DNA of 64,000 nt from an uncultured Christensenella sp. (lineage in GTDB: Bacteria; Bacillota; Clostridia; Christensenellales; CAG-917). The stretch spans positions 178,431 to 242,430 of the forward strand of contig CAJTNO010000003.1 of the NCBI GenBank assembly GCA_910577815.1, given 5' to 3'. Every line of letters starts with the position of its first letter. The first letter of the stretch is position 1. The notes below the pieces were generated by a model. It did no database searches. It was not told where the DNA came from and was given only the letters and a program-made list of their open reading frames with translations. This document shows, one piece after another, positions 56,732 through 64,000 of the stretch. Position numbers and translations under genes: made by a program.

Positions 56732-57439
56732 ATGGCAGTTATAGGAATTTACGACAGCGGCATAGGCGGACTCACAAGCGCAAAAATAATACTCGAACGC
56801 TTTGGCGGAAACGACGTTTACTATCTTGCAGACAATCTCAATCACCCGTTTGGAACCAAGGACGAGGACGCGCTTAAGGACATAGTTTTTGAGGGCATAA
56901 AGCGCGTACGCGCGCACTCCGATACAGTAGTGATAGCCTGCAACACGGCGTCAAGCATTACGGAGGATAACGACGTAATAAAGCTGCTTCCTCCGATAGA
57001 ACAGAACGCGCAGGACGCAGACTCCACACTGCTTATGGCAACCGTGCGTACGCTTGGCAAAATTCAAAACACGGGCGGATGCAAGGTAGCCGAAACCGCC
57101 GAGCTTGCGACGCTAATAGAGGTGCAGGCAGGCTTAAACTACCTTAAAAACAGCTTGGATATGAGCGAGCTATTGCCTTACCTTGCTCCGAGACTGCACA
57201 AATTCAAGGGCGTAAAAAAGGTGATACTGGGATGCTCCCATTATTTGTTCTGCAAGCCGCAAATAACAAAATGCCTCGGCAACGTGGAATTTTGCGACGG
57301 AAACGAAAGGCTTTGCGCAAGCCTTGCCGAAAGAGTACAAAGCAGACCTGATATGCCCGCAAAAATCACATTTGACTTTACCGCTTTAAACGAAAGCAAA
57401 AAATACAACGCAATTTTAAAAATGCTCTTAAACAATTAA
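56732..57439 (+). CDS. murI: glutamate racemase (short form)
   Basis: 235 aa. IGIYDSGIGGLT, catalytic Cys contexts IACNTAS and LGCSHY. Confidence 0.85.
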   Translation: MAVIGIYDSGIGGLTSAKIILERFGGNDVYYLADNLNHPFGTKDEDALKDIVFEGIKRVRAHSDTVVIACNTASSITEDNDVIKLLPPIEQNAQDADSTLLMATVRTLGKIQNTGGCKVAETAELATLIEVQAGLNYLKNSLDMSELLPYLAPRLHKFKGVKKVILGCSHYLFCKPQITKCLGNVEFCDGNERLCASLAERVQSRPDMPAKITFDFTALNESKKYNAILKMLLNN

Positions 57440-57440
57440 A

Positions 57441-57479
57441 ATTTTACGACGGACGCTTACCTTGCTCCCGTCGTAAAAT
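57441..57479. terminator. bidirectional hairpin terminator between murI and gpr
   Basis: ATTTTACGACGG..15 nt..CCGTCGTAAAAT: a 12-bp stem. Confidence 0.65.
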
Positions 57480-57526
57480 ATCGTCGCCAATCAAATTTAT
57501 TATTTATTTTCGTTATTCTAAACGGG

Positions 57527-58390
57527 TTAATTGTGAAAAGCTCTGTTGATAGCGGTAGCAATTACGCCGGCTGCGGCATTTACCAAAAAGTCTATTTCCT
57601 TAGGCGCAACCACCAGATGCGACAAATCCTTTTCAACCATTTCCGCCCTTAAACGGTATTCGTCCACGGTTATTTCCATCTTGGATAGATAATCCTTTAC
57701 AAACCCGTAAACGGCAGTCCGCATAGACAGCATAAGCGGCACACCTATGGCGATTACAGGCACGCCCAAAACGCTCTTGTCTATTCTCTGCTTGTCCTGT
57801 CCCACGCCTCCGCCGGGAGATATTCCTGCGGTGCTTATCTGAAACGACGTACCCACCCGTGAAACCGTACCCGTTGCAAGGCTGTCTATGAGTATGACCG
57901 CGCACGGCTTTACTTTGTCGGTTACCGCGCTCGCTATATCCGCCGACTGCATTCCCGTAGTTCCCAAGACGCCGGTGGTCATCGCGTATACGCATTGCTT
58001 TGTGTATGACACTGGATATTCCTTTGTAACCTCAACGCCCTCTACCGCGCGCTGTCCGAGCGCGTCCGCAATTACACCGCCGTTGCCCAAGCCTATAACC
58101 AGCACGGGAGTTGTTTTACGCACCGTTCCTATAAGTCCGGCAAGCGCAGTCGCAATATAAGCGGCAAGGCTTTTTAGAGCTTTTTCACTGCCGTAAACGT
58201 TCTTCGGGCAATCAAAGGTAATATATACGCCTCTGTCCCGACCTATCTGCTTGGCAAGCTCCAGGCTCTTAATGTTTAAGTAGTGCTGTACAATCCCGCA
58301 GCCAAGCTCCGTGCGCTTGCTAAGCTCTCCAAGTCCGCCGGCTTCCGCCGCCTCGATAGCCATATCCGAAATAAAATCGATATTTTTCAT
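57527..58390 (-). CDS. gpr: germination protease GPR (spore endopeptidase, A25 family)
   Basis: 287 aa. ..DMAIEA.., VLVIGLGNGGVIADALG, GVLGTTGMQSADI, IDSLA, STAGISPGGGVG, LGVPVIAIGVP. Adjacent to rpsT as in Bacillus. Confidence 0.85.
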   Translation of the reverse strand: MKNIDFISDMAIEAAEAGGLGELSKRTELGCGIVQHYLNIKSLELAKQIGRDRGVYITFDCPKNVYGSEKALKSLAAYIATALAGLIGTVRKTTPVLVIGLGNGGVIADALGQRAVEGVEVTKEYPVSYTKQCVYAMTTGVLGTTGMQSADIASAVTDKVKPCAVILIDSLATGTVSRVGTSFQISTAGISPGGGVGQDKQRIDKSVLGVPVIAIGVPLMLSMRTAVYGFVKDYLSKMEITVDEYRLRAEMVEKDLSHLVVAPKEIDFLVNAAAGVIATAINRAFHN

Positions 58391-58432
58391 AGTCTTATTA
58401 TGTATAATAGTAAAAAATCAATGCAAAAACGG

Positions 58433-58461
58433 TTGCAAGTTATTACGCATTGTGTTAATAT
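58433..58461 (+). promoter_or_regulatory. sigma-A promoter of rpsT: TTGCAA-17 nt-TAATAT
   Basis: TTGCAAgttattacgcattgtgtTAATAT, followed by ..GAGGAGaaaaatATG. Confidence 0.65.
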
Positions 58462-58503
58462 ATCAAGGATATTTAGTCAGTACAGAAGTACGAGGAGAAA
58501 AAT

Positions 58504-58776
58504 ATGCCAAATATAAAGTCAGCAAAAAAGAGAGTCATCACTTCGGCAAAGAGAAATGAAATCAACACCGCTAAAAAATCGCGCGTAAGAACCGCTATCA
58601 AAAAGTACAATGCCGCTATCGACGCAAAGGACATTGCGCTTGCGGAAAAACTTCTTCCCGAAACTATGTCGGTTATCGATTGCGCTATGAAGGACGGCAT
58701 CTATAAGGCAAATACCGCAGCAAGAAAAAAAGCGACCGTCTGCCGCGCGCTCGACGCTATAAAAGCCGCAAAATAA
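58504..58776 (+). CDS. rpsT: 30S ribosomal protein S20
   Basis: 90 aa starting MPNIKSAKKRV... Confidence 0.96.
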   Translation: MPNIKSAKKRVITSAKRNEINTAKKSRVRTAIKKYNAAIDAKDIALAEKLLPETMSVIDCAMKDGIYKANTAARKKATVCRALDAIKAAK

Positions 58777-58796
58777 TCCATACATAAAATTACAAC

Positions 58797-58826
58797 AAAA
58801 GGCTGTTGAAATACAGCCTTTTTTTC
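58797..58826. terminator. bidirectional intrinsic terminator (rpsT and the S8 protease gene)
   Basis: aaaaGGCTGTtgaaatACAGCCttttttt. Confidence 0.85.
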
Positions 58827-58846
58827 GTGTTAAAATTATATCTTGC

Positions 58847-60751
58847 CTACTCCTGCGAAGTATTCTTTCTTTGCTTATGACGATAGATTACAACCGCGGC
58901 AACCGCAAAAGCAAACACCGATACTATAACGCCCACTACTATAGTAAATATTTTTAATTCGTAAGTGCGTGCATAATCCGCCTTTCGTCCCCCGACAATA
59001 AAGCGCGCCGCCTTACCTTCAAAGCCGTTTACCTCGATTTCAATTTCATAGGTGCCCTTCTGAGTAGGCGTAAAATCGAAGCTATTTCCCTTATGATTGT
59101 AAACTCCGTTTACAAACCACAGACAATTATCGGCATCCTCCTTGGGTATATAATTAAGACTGTCAACGGTCAGCTTATAAGTTTTTCCGACCTCGCAACC
59201 GGACAAATCCTTTAACGGATTTCCGTTTAAGCTTGCGCTTATTTCAAATGAGGATACATTCTCTGCCGTGACAAGCATATATCCAACGGATATTCCTACG
59301 CTTGCCTCTTTTACTGCTTCCTCGCCGTGTTCGTCACAGCTATGCCGCCAAACCGCTCTAATCTCCGTATCGCCTACAACCGGCTTAGGCATATACGACG
59401 CTTCAAAGCCTTCCGCAAATTTATCCTCTCCCGCAAACCACTCTACCTTACCCTGTCCGTAATGCGACAATGGCACAACGCTCAGTTTTAAAGGTATAGC
59501 TTTTAAAGCTCCCAAACGTTGTTTTAACAACGAAACGTCTGCCGTTTCGATTTTTGCCTCGCACATTGTATATCCTATTAACGCATTTAAATCAAAAATC
59601 CTGCAATCGCCTACCGTCTTTCCACCCTCGGTTTTATTAAGAACCTTAGTCGAAGCTTTTTTCACGAGTCTTGCAAGCTCAACGGAATCCATTTCCTCGC
59701 CGTTATTTCCCGCCAACGCCTTATATTTCATTGCAAGCAGCGCCGCGCCGAATGACACTATCGGAGCAGCCATACTTGTTCCCGACAGAGCTTTATAATC
59801 AAATCCGCTATCGCCAATCACACCGTTTGCGCTGTATATATCAGCCCCCGGAGCGCACAAATCATATCCGTAGGTATTCCAAAAGCCGTAATTTGACGTA
59901 TTACTCAAAACCGCTTCGCCGTTTACGTTCTTGTAGTTCATAACTCCTATAACATTAGGAAGCGCCGCAGGATAACGCTTGACCTCGCTTCCGTCATTCC
60001 CTGCCGCGGCAACAAGCACAGCTTTGGTATGCGCCGTGGACTGGTCCAAGCCCGCAAACGTCCTCGCATCAGACGATAACGACATATTTATTACGTCAGC
60101 GCCCTGCTGTAAGGCAAAATCGACGGCGCTTTTAACGTCAGCGCCCGAAAATTTATCCTCTCCCGTAAATGCTACGTGATAGGACGCTTTTATAGGCAGA
60201 ATTTTTATATATCGCTCTATATTAAGGGCGTGTATCAATGTTGCCACAATGCCTGCAACGTGCGTGCCGTGCCTTCTGTTTTCATCATCGGACACATCGT
60301 TCTCGGTATATATGGAGGGATTATGCGACACTGCTGTATTCTTAACAATAGGCGTGCCGTCTGACCTGCGCAATATTACGTCGTATTTCCCTGTTCCGTT
60401 GTTATCTACGGCTTCGTTATCCGTAAGCCCGCCGTCATTGTATTTCCCGCTAAACAGCTCGTGCTCAAGATTTACTCCGCTATCTATTACAGCTATGACA
60501 ACAGGATTATCTTCAAGATATTTAAAATCAAAAGAATCGTCCTGCTTCCAGTCTTCAACCGCAGCTTTAAGTCCGTCTATTCCTATTACGTCCGACCACC
60601 AGTCAAGCTCCTGATTTTGCACCTTATCCACATAACTAATCGGCAAAAGAGCGTCGGCAATTTCATAAGAAAACAAAAATGTAAGAATTGCGCTTAAAGC
60701 AAACGCAATTAAGAATACATATAGAGCTTTTCGCTTAAAACTGCTATGCAT
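58847..60751 (-). CDS. cell-surface subtilisin-family (S8) protease with N-terminal signal/anchor and C-terminal TM anchor
   Basis: 634 aa. VIAVIDSGV, HGTHVAGIV, GTSMAAPIV. A beta-rich (Ig-like?) C-terminal region is followed by the TM helix IFTIVVGVIVSVFAFAVAAVVIY and RHKQRK. Confidence 0.88.
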   Translation of the reverse strand: MHSSFKRKALYVFLIAFALSAILTFLFSYEIADALLPISYVDKVQNQELDWWSDVIGIDGLKAAVEDWKQDDSFDFKYLEDNPVVIAVIDSGVNLEHELFSGKYNDGGLTDNEAVDNNGTGKYDVILRRSDGTPIVKNTAVSHNPSIYTENDVSDDENRRHGTHVAGIVATLIHALNIERYIKILPIKASYHVAFTGEDKFSGADVKSAVDFALQQGADVINMSLSSDARTFAGLDQSTAHTKAVLVAAAGNDGSEVKRYPAALPNVIGVMNYKNVNGEAVLSNTSNYGFWNTYGYDLCAPGADIYSANGVIGDSGFDYKALSGTSMAAPIVSFGAALLAMKYKALAGNNGEEMDSVELARLVKKASTKVLNKTEGGKTVGDCRIFDLNALIGYTMCEAKIETADVSLLKQRLGALKAIPLKLSVVPLSHYGQGKVEWFAGEDKFAEGFEASYMPKPVVGDTEIRAVWRHSCDEHGEEAVKEASVGISVGYMLVTAENVSSFEISASLNGNPLKDLSGCEVGKTYKLTVDSLNYIPKEDADNCLWFVNGVYNHKGNSFDFTPTQKGTYEIEIEVNGFEGKAARFIVGGRKADYARTYELKIFTIVVGVIVSVFAFAVAAVVIYRHKQRKNTSQE

Positions 60752-60880
60752 ATTCGCTCATCCTCGATATTCTAAAATAATTATATTATAACGATAGCTT
60801 TTTGTACATATCTAAATTAAAAAAGCATTATTTTCAAATGAAACCGACAATCTAACGATATATTTTTAACATAATAAATA

Positions 60881-60908
60881 AAAAAAACAGTCCCGTTTGA
60901 CGCGGGAC
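60881..60908 (-). terminator. intrinsic terminator after the WG-repeat gene
   Basis: Minus strand reads GTCCCGcgtcaaaCGGGACtgttttttt. Confidence 0.8.
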
Positions 60909-60917
60909 CGATAAATT

Positions 60918-61814
60918 TTAAATCCAGGTAAGCTTATTCTCCTTGGTAACGGTTGCCCATTTACCGTCCTTTTTAACCTTAGCCTCTCCGTCCTCGAACG
61001 GTGTTGCCGCATCATACTCGAAAGGAATTATAAGCTCGTTATTCTTATTGATATAGCCGCACTTTTCGCCCTTGGCTACCATTGCAAGCCCGTCGGAAAA
61101 ACTCATAGCAATATCGTAATCAAAAGGTATCGCTATATTATTGTCTCCGTCGATATATCCGCATTTGCCGTCAATCTCAACCGAAGCAAGACCGTCTTTA
61201 AAACAGAAAACCTCGTCATACATTGCGGGTATAACGGTCTTAAAGCCGTCGCTGAAGCCCCACTTGCCGCCCTTCATAATCTTACGCCAGTTGTCGATAG
61301 TGAGAGGCTCGGTAAGCTTCTCGGGTTTTTGCGGACGTTGCTGTTTTACAGACTGCGAGGTCTGCCTTTGTTTATTATCCGCGCGCCTGTCCGCAAGTCC
61401 GAACTTGGAAGTATGCTCCTGTCTTTCGCCTTTAACCGTATTTGTTTCGCCGCTTTGCTCGCGTTTCTGTCTTTTCGACTTTTCTGCCGATTGCTCCGTC
61501 TTGTTATTCCCCGACTTCTCGGCGTCTACTCTCAACGCCATTCCCGACGCGCGAAGCGAATCCTTTACTTCAAAAAGCATCTTCTTATTGAAGCCCTGTA
61601 TTTTATACATATCCTTATCGGTACGTTTTATCAAATCACCGGCAGTAGAAATTCTGTTTTTAAGCAACAGCTCGCAGGTTGCTTCGCAAATACCCATTTC
61701 CTCCGTCGTTTTTGATAACTGCTCCGCAGAATATATAACGTCCGCAACAGCCTCGGTCTGAGCACCCTGCGGTTTTTTATTTTTGTTACGATAATAAAAT
61801 TTTTTGTTAGCCAT
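60918..61814 (-). CDS. RpoA-alphaCTD-like helix-hairpin-helix domain :: basic linker :: WG-containing (KWG) repeats
   Basis: 298 aa. Residues ~35-95 (ICEATCELLLKNRISTAGDLIKRTDKDMYKIQGFNKKMLFEVKDSLRASGMAL) follow the alphaCTD HhH pattern. The C-terminus has four WG-type repeats (GKWGFSDG.., GKCGYIDG.., EKCGYINK.., GKWATV). Confidence 0.75.
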   Translation of the reverse strand: MANKKFYYRNKNKKPQGAQTEAVADVIYSAEQLSKTTEEMGICEATCELLLKNRISTAGDLIKRTDKDMYKIQGFNKKMLFEVKDSLRASGMALRVDAEKSGNNKTEQSAEKSKRQKREQSGETNTVKGERQEHTSKFGLADRRADNKQRQTSQSVKQQRPQKPEKLTEPLTIDNWRKIMKGGKWGFSDGFKTVIPAMYDEVFCFKDGLASVEIDGKCGYIDGDNNIAIPFDYDIAMSFSDGLAMVAKGEKCGYINKNNELIIPFEYDAATPFEDGEAKVKKDGKWATVTKENKLTWI

Positions 61815-61990
61815 ATTTAACCTTTACGTTTATATTAACATAATTATAAGCTTTTTTCAAGCAATCGGCGTAAACAATATAAATTGCCATAATAATAAGG
61901 TTAAATACGCAAGCAAAGCAACCAAATCAAATTGATAATCCGCCCTGCAACCGTAAAGTTGAGAACGATTTTATAAACATATGAAGTGAG

Positions 61991-62019
61991 TTGACTTTTG
62001 GTTATAGTATAGTTATACT
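61991..62019 (+). promoter_or_regulatory. sigma-A promoter TTGACT-17 nt-TATACT, only ~10 nt upstream of the ATG at 62029
   Basis: TTGACTtttggttatagtatagtTATACT. No Shine-Dalgarno sequence lies between it and the ATG. Confidence 0.55.
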
Positions 62020-62028
62020 ATAAATATT

Positions 62029-64000
62029 ATGAAATCGTCAAAAAATGCTAATTTTCGCAGCGATAAGCATCGCTATATGATAATCGCTGCCGCCGTTCTT
62101 TTAATTTCGGCGGTATTTTTTGCATCGTTGTTTAACTCAAATAATCCGATAGCGATTGCCGATGACGAGCAAACGTCTTTTGCCAATGATACTTTTTCGG
62201 TATTATTTCCTACGGTAAGTTATATACAAGCCGACGACCCGACGCTTATCGCCGCTAACGAAAGCTATCTTATAATCTACGACAAAACCGAATCCGCTAT
62301 GTTCGTTCGCGGAGGAGACAGAATTGGCACCTACGCATTTCCCCTCGACATCGAAAACGTCGAATATATAAAAGCGGTCGGCAATACCGCATTTATTCAC
62401 GCCGACGGTGAAAATTATACCGTCGACATCAGCAACACCTCCGCTACCCCGATTAAACGCGAGCTTTCCTCGCCCGAGAACGCCAACTATTTCAGAAGCG
62501 ACGGAAAGTATCTTTATGCCAAAAACGGATACGGAGCGATTTCCATTTACGACGAAAATCTTGAAATAGTGACCTTTGAGTACGAAGCCGAGGACGGCAC
62601 AAAGAGCGTGACGGTTGACAACCACACATATGTAGACTCCACAAGCAATCCGGTCTTTGCAGGCGAACAGGTTCTGGCAGGCAACAACCATTTGTTATAT
62701 TTCTTTAAAACTGTACAGAGCGACCCGTACTTTATCGTTTACGACCCCGTATTGCAAAAAGAGCTTGTAAACGAATTTATGCATAACTATATAACCGAAG
62801 CGTATGTAGGCGACAACATAATAGTAGGACAACTGGCTCGCGGACTGGACGAAACAAAAAACACGCGCCTTGTGGGCATAGACAAAAACACGGGAGCAAC
62901 CCTGTTCCCCTCGGATATTACTCCCGATAGCTTTTGTGTTTTCGGCGACAAACTGTATACCATAGAAGGCAAGCAAATTATGACTTACACGCTTGAAAAG
63001 TCTGCCGACGGCGCATATACGGGCTTCAGAAAGATATCCACCATCAGTATGGCGGGCGACGACGCATATCATTTGGACAGTCCTAATGACGTTGCTGTGT
63101 TCGGAGCGGACCTTGCGGTTGCCGACACCGATAACAAACGCGTAGGATTTATAAACTCCGCGTCGATTATGACTTCTATAGAACTTAACGCCTCGCCGCT
63201 TCGTATAACCTCTGACAAAACAGGAGTATATGCCCTGTGCGACAATCAAAAGGTATACAAAATAGAAAGCAATCAGATTGTACAGACGCTGACTACCGAA
63301 GGCGCTGTCGATATTACCTATCTCGATAAGCTTTATTTCATAGACGAAAACGGTCTTTATACGTTGCTTGGCGGCGAAAAACTGCCGCTTGCCGAGATAC
63401 AGAACGCGAGACGGCTGACCTCCGCCAAAGATGGCACTAATCTATACCTGCTTAAGGACAACTCTATTGAAGTATATACCGTCAACGGAACGCACATATG
63501 CTCGCTTACGGGAGATTTTAATGACGTCAAGGATATATCGGTAGACTACGCAGGTCAGATATTTGCTTTGCGTGAAAACGGCTTTGACGTTTATATAAAC
63601 GAAAACGGCAGTCTGATAAAATTCTCATCAACCGATTTTTACAATGCTACGGCGCACGTAAAAGCAAACTCCGTTTGCGTAGAGGACTCCTCTTTATACT
63701 TCTCAAGCTTTGAATGCCTTATAGGCAAATCCGAGGTAAAAGCTTATTCAAAGGACAGCTATATATCGGCTCCGTATGTTCCCGCAGGGAATGTACCCTA
63801 TCGCTTTGCTAAGCTTAAAGAAAATGCGACCTCGTTTGCAATCCCGTCCGACGGCAGAATGGAGGGAATATTCCCCGCCCCCGCAGAAACCGTACTCATC
63901 CTTGAAAGCGGAAAGATGGACGGAGGATTTGAATACGCGCTGTTAAACGGCGAATTCTTTAAAGTGAGATTATCTGACTTTGAAAACGTGGATATTAACA
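62029..64000 (+). CDS. large secreted or membrane-anchored protein with NHL/beta-propeller-like repeats; 657 codons visible, continues past the right edge
   Basis: Absent from the ORF track (no stop inside the window). I translated all 657 codons by hand and found no stop. MKSSKNANFRSDKHRYMIIAAAVLLISAVFFASLF (signal anchor), then repeats such as SPNDVAVFGADLAVADTDNKRVGFI and DISVDYAGQIFALRENG. Confidence 0.8.
   Translation, partial: MKSSKNANFRSDKHRYMIIAAAVLLISAVFFASLFNSNNPIAIADDEQTSFANDTFSVLFPTVSYIQADDPTLIAANESYLIIYDKTESAMFVRGGDRIGTYAFPLDIENVEYIKAVGNTAFIHADGENYTVDISNTSATPIKRELSSPENANYFRSDGKYLYAKNGYGAISIYDENLEIVTFEYEAEDGTKSVTVDNHTYVDSTSNPVFAGEQVLAGNNHLLYFFKTVQSDPYFIVYDPVLQKELVNEFMHNYITEAYVGDNIIVGQLARGLDETKNTRLVGIDKNTGATLFPSDITPDSFCVFGDKLYTIEGKQIMTYTLEKSADGAYTGFRKISTISMAGDDAYHLDSPNDVAVFGADLAVADTDNKRVGFINSASIMTSIELNASPLRITSDKTGVYALCDNQKVYKIESNQIVQTLTTEGAVDITYLDKLYFIDENGLYTLLGGEKLPLAEIQNARRLTSAKDGTNLYLLKDNSIEVYTVNGTHICSLTGDFNDVKDISVDYAGQIFALRENGFDVYINENGSLIKFSSTDFYNATAHVKANSVCVEDSSLYFSSFECLIGKSEVKAYSKDSYISAPYVPAGNVPYRFAKLKENATSFAIPSDGRMEGIFPAPAETVLILESGKMDGGFEYALLNGEFFKVRLSDFENVDIN

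Noticed and set aside
62203-63249. Two minus-strand ORFs (62203-62691 and 62695-63249) listed in the track.
   Set aside because: They are antisense to a continuous + strand frame of at least 657 codons (62029 to the window end) that has a signal anchor and repeat structure. The track omitted that frame only because it has no stop inside the window.

Overview
Chromosomal window from a spore-forming Firmicute, Clostridia-like. Evidence: gpr next to rpsT, a PdaB-like deacetylase, a mother-cell-type promoter, and mraZ-rsmH, ylmE-sepF, tig-clpP-clpX-engB and dprA-topA-trmFO-hslVU synteny. I call about 61 protein genes, roughly 50 of them on the minus strand. I found no rRNA, tRNA, CRISPR array, transposase or integrase. 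Most genes are housekeeping: cell division and envelope, protein quality control, translation and ribosome biogenesis, tRNA/rRNA modification, DNA metabolism and central metabolism. One FMN riboswitch (minus strand, ~25.5-25.6 kb) controls an unusual RibU-TsaE fusion gene. Two genes cut by the window edges are absent from the ORF track and were translated by hand: a class B PBP fragment at 1..316 (-) and a >650-codon NHL-like secreted protein at 62029..64000 (+). The main candidate for an undescribed system is a self-contained four-gene operon at ~48.3-54.3 kb (minus strand). It runs from a perfect consensus sigma-A promoter and a ~175-nt leader to an intrinsic terminator. It encodes a SipW-type signal peptidase, a membrane-anchored McrB-like AAA+ NTPase, a 751-aa McrC-position protein with no visible nuclease motif and a long charged low-complexity region, and a second SipW-type peptidase. 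Other oddities are a MurF-like ligase with a polytopic membrane domain in place of its N-terminal domain, a NadD-YqeK fusion, MraZ-box-like repeats at Pmra, and an alphaCTD-like HhH::WG-repeat protein. All family assignments come from reading motifs by eye; no database search was run.
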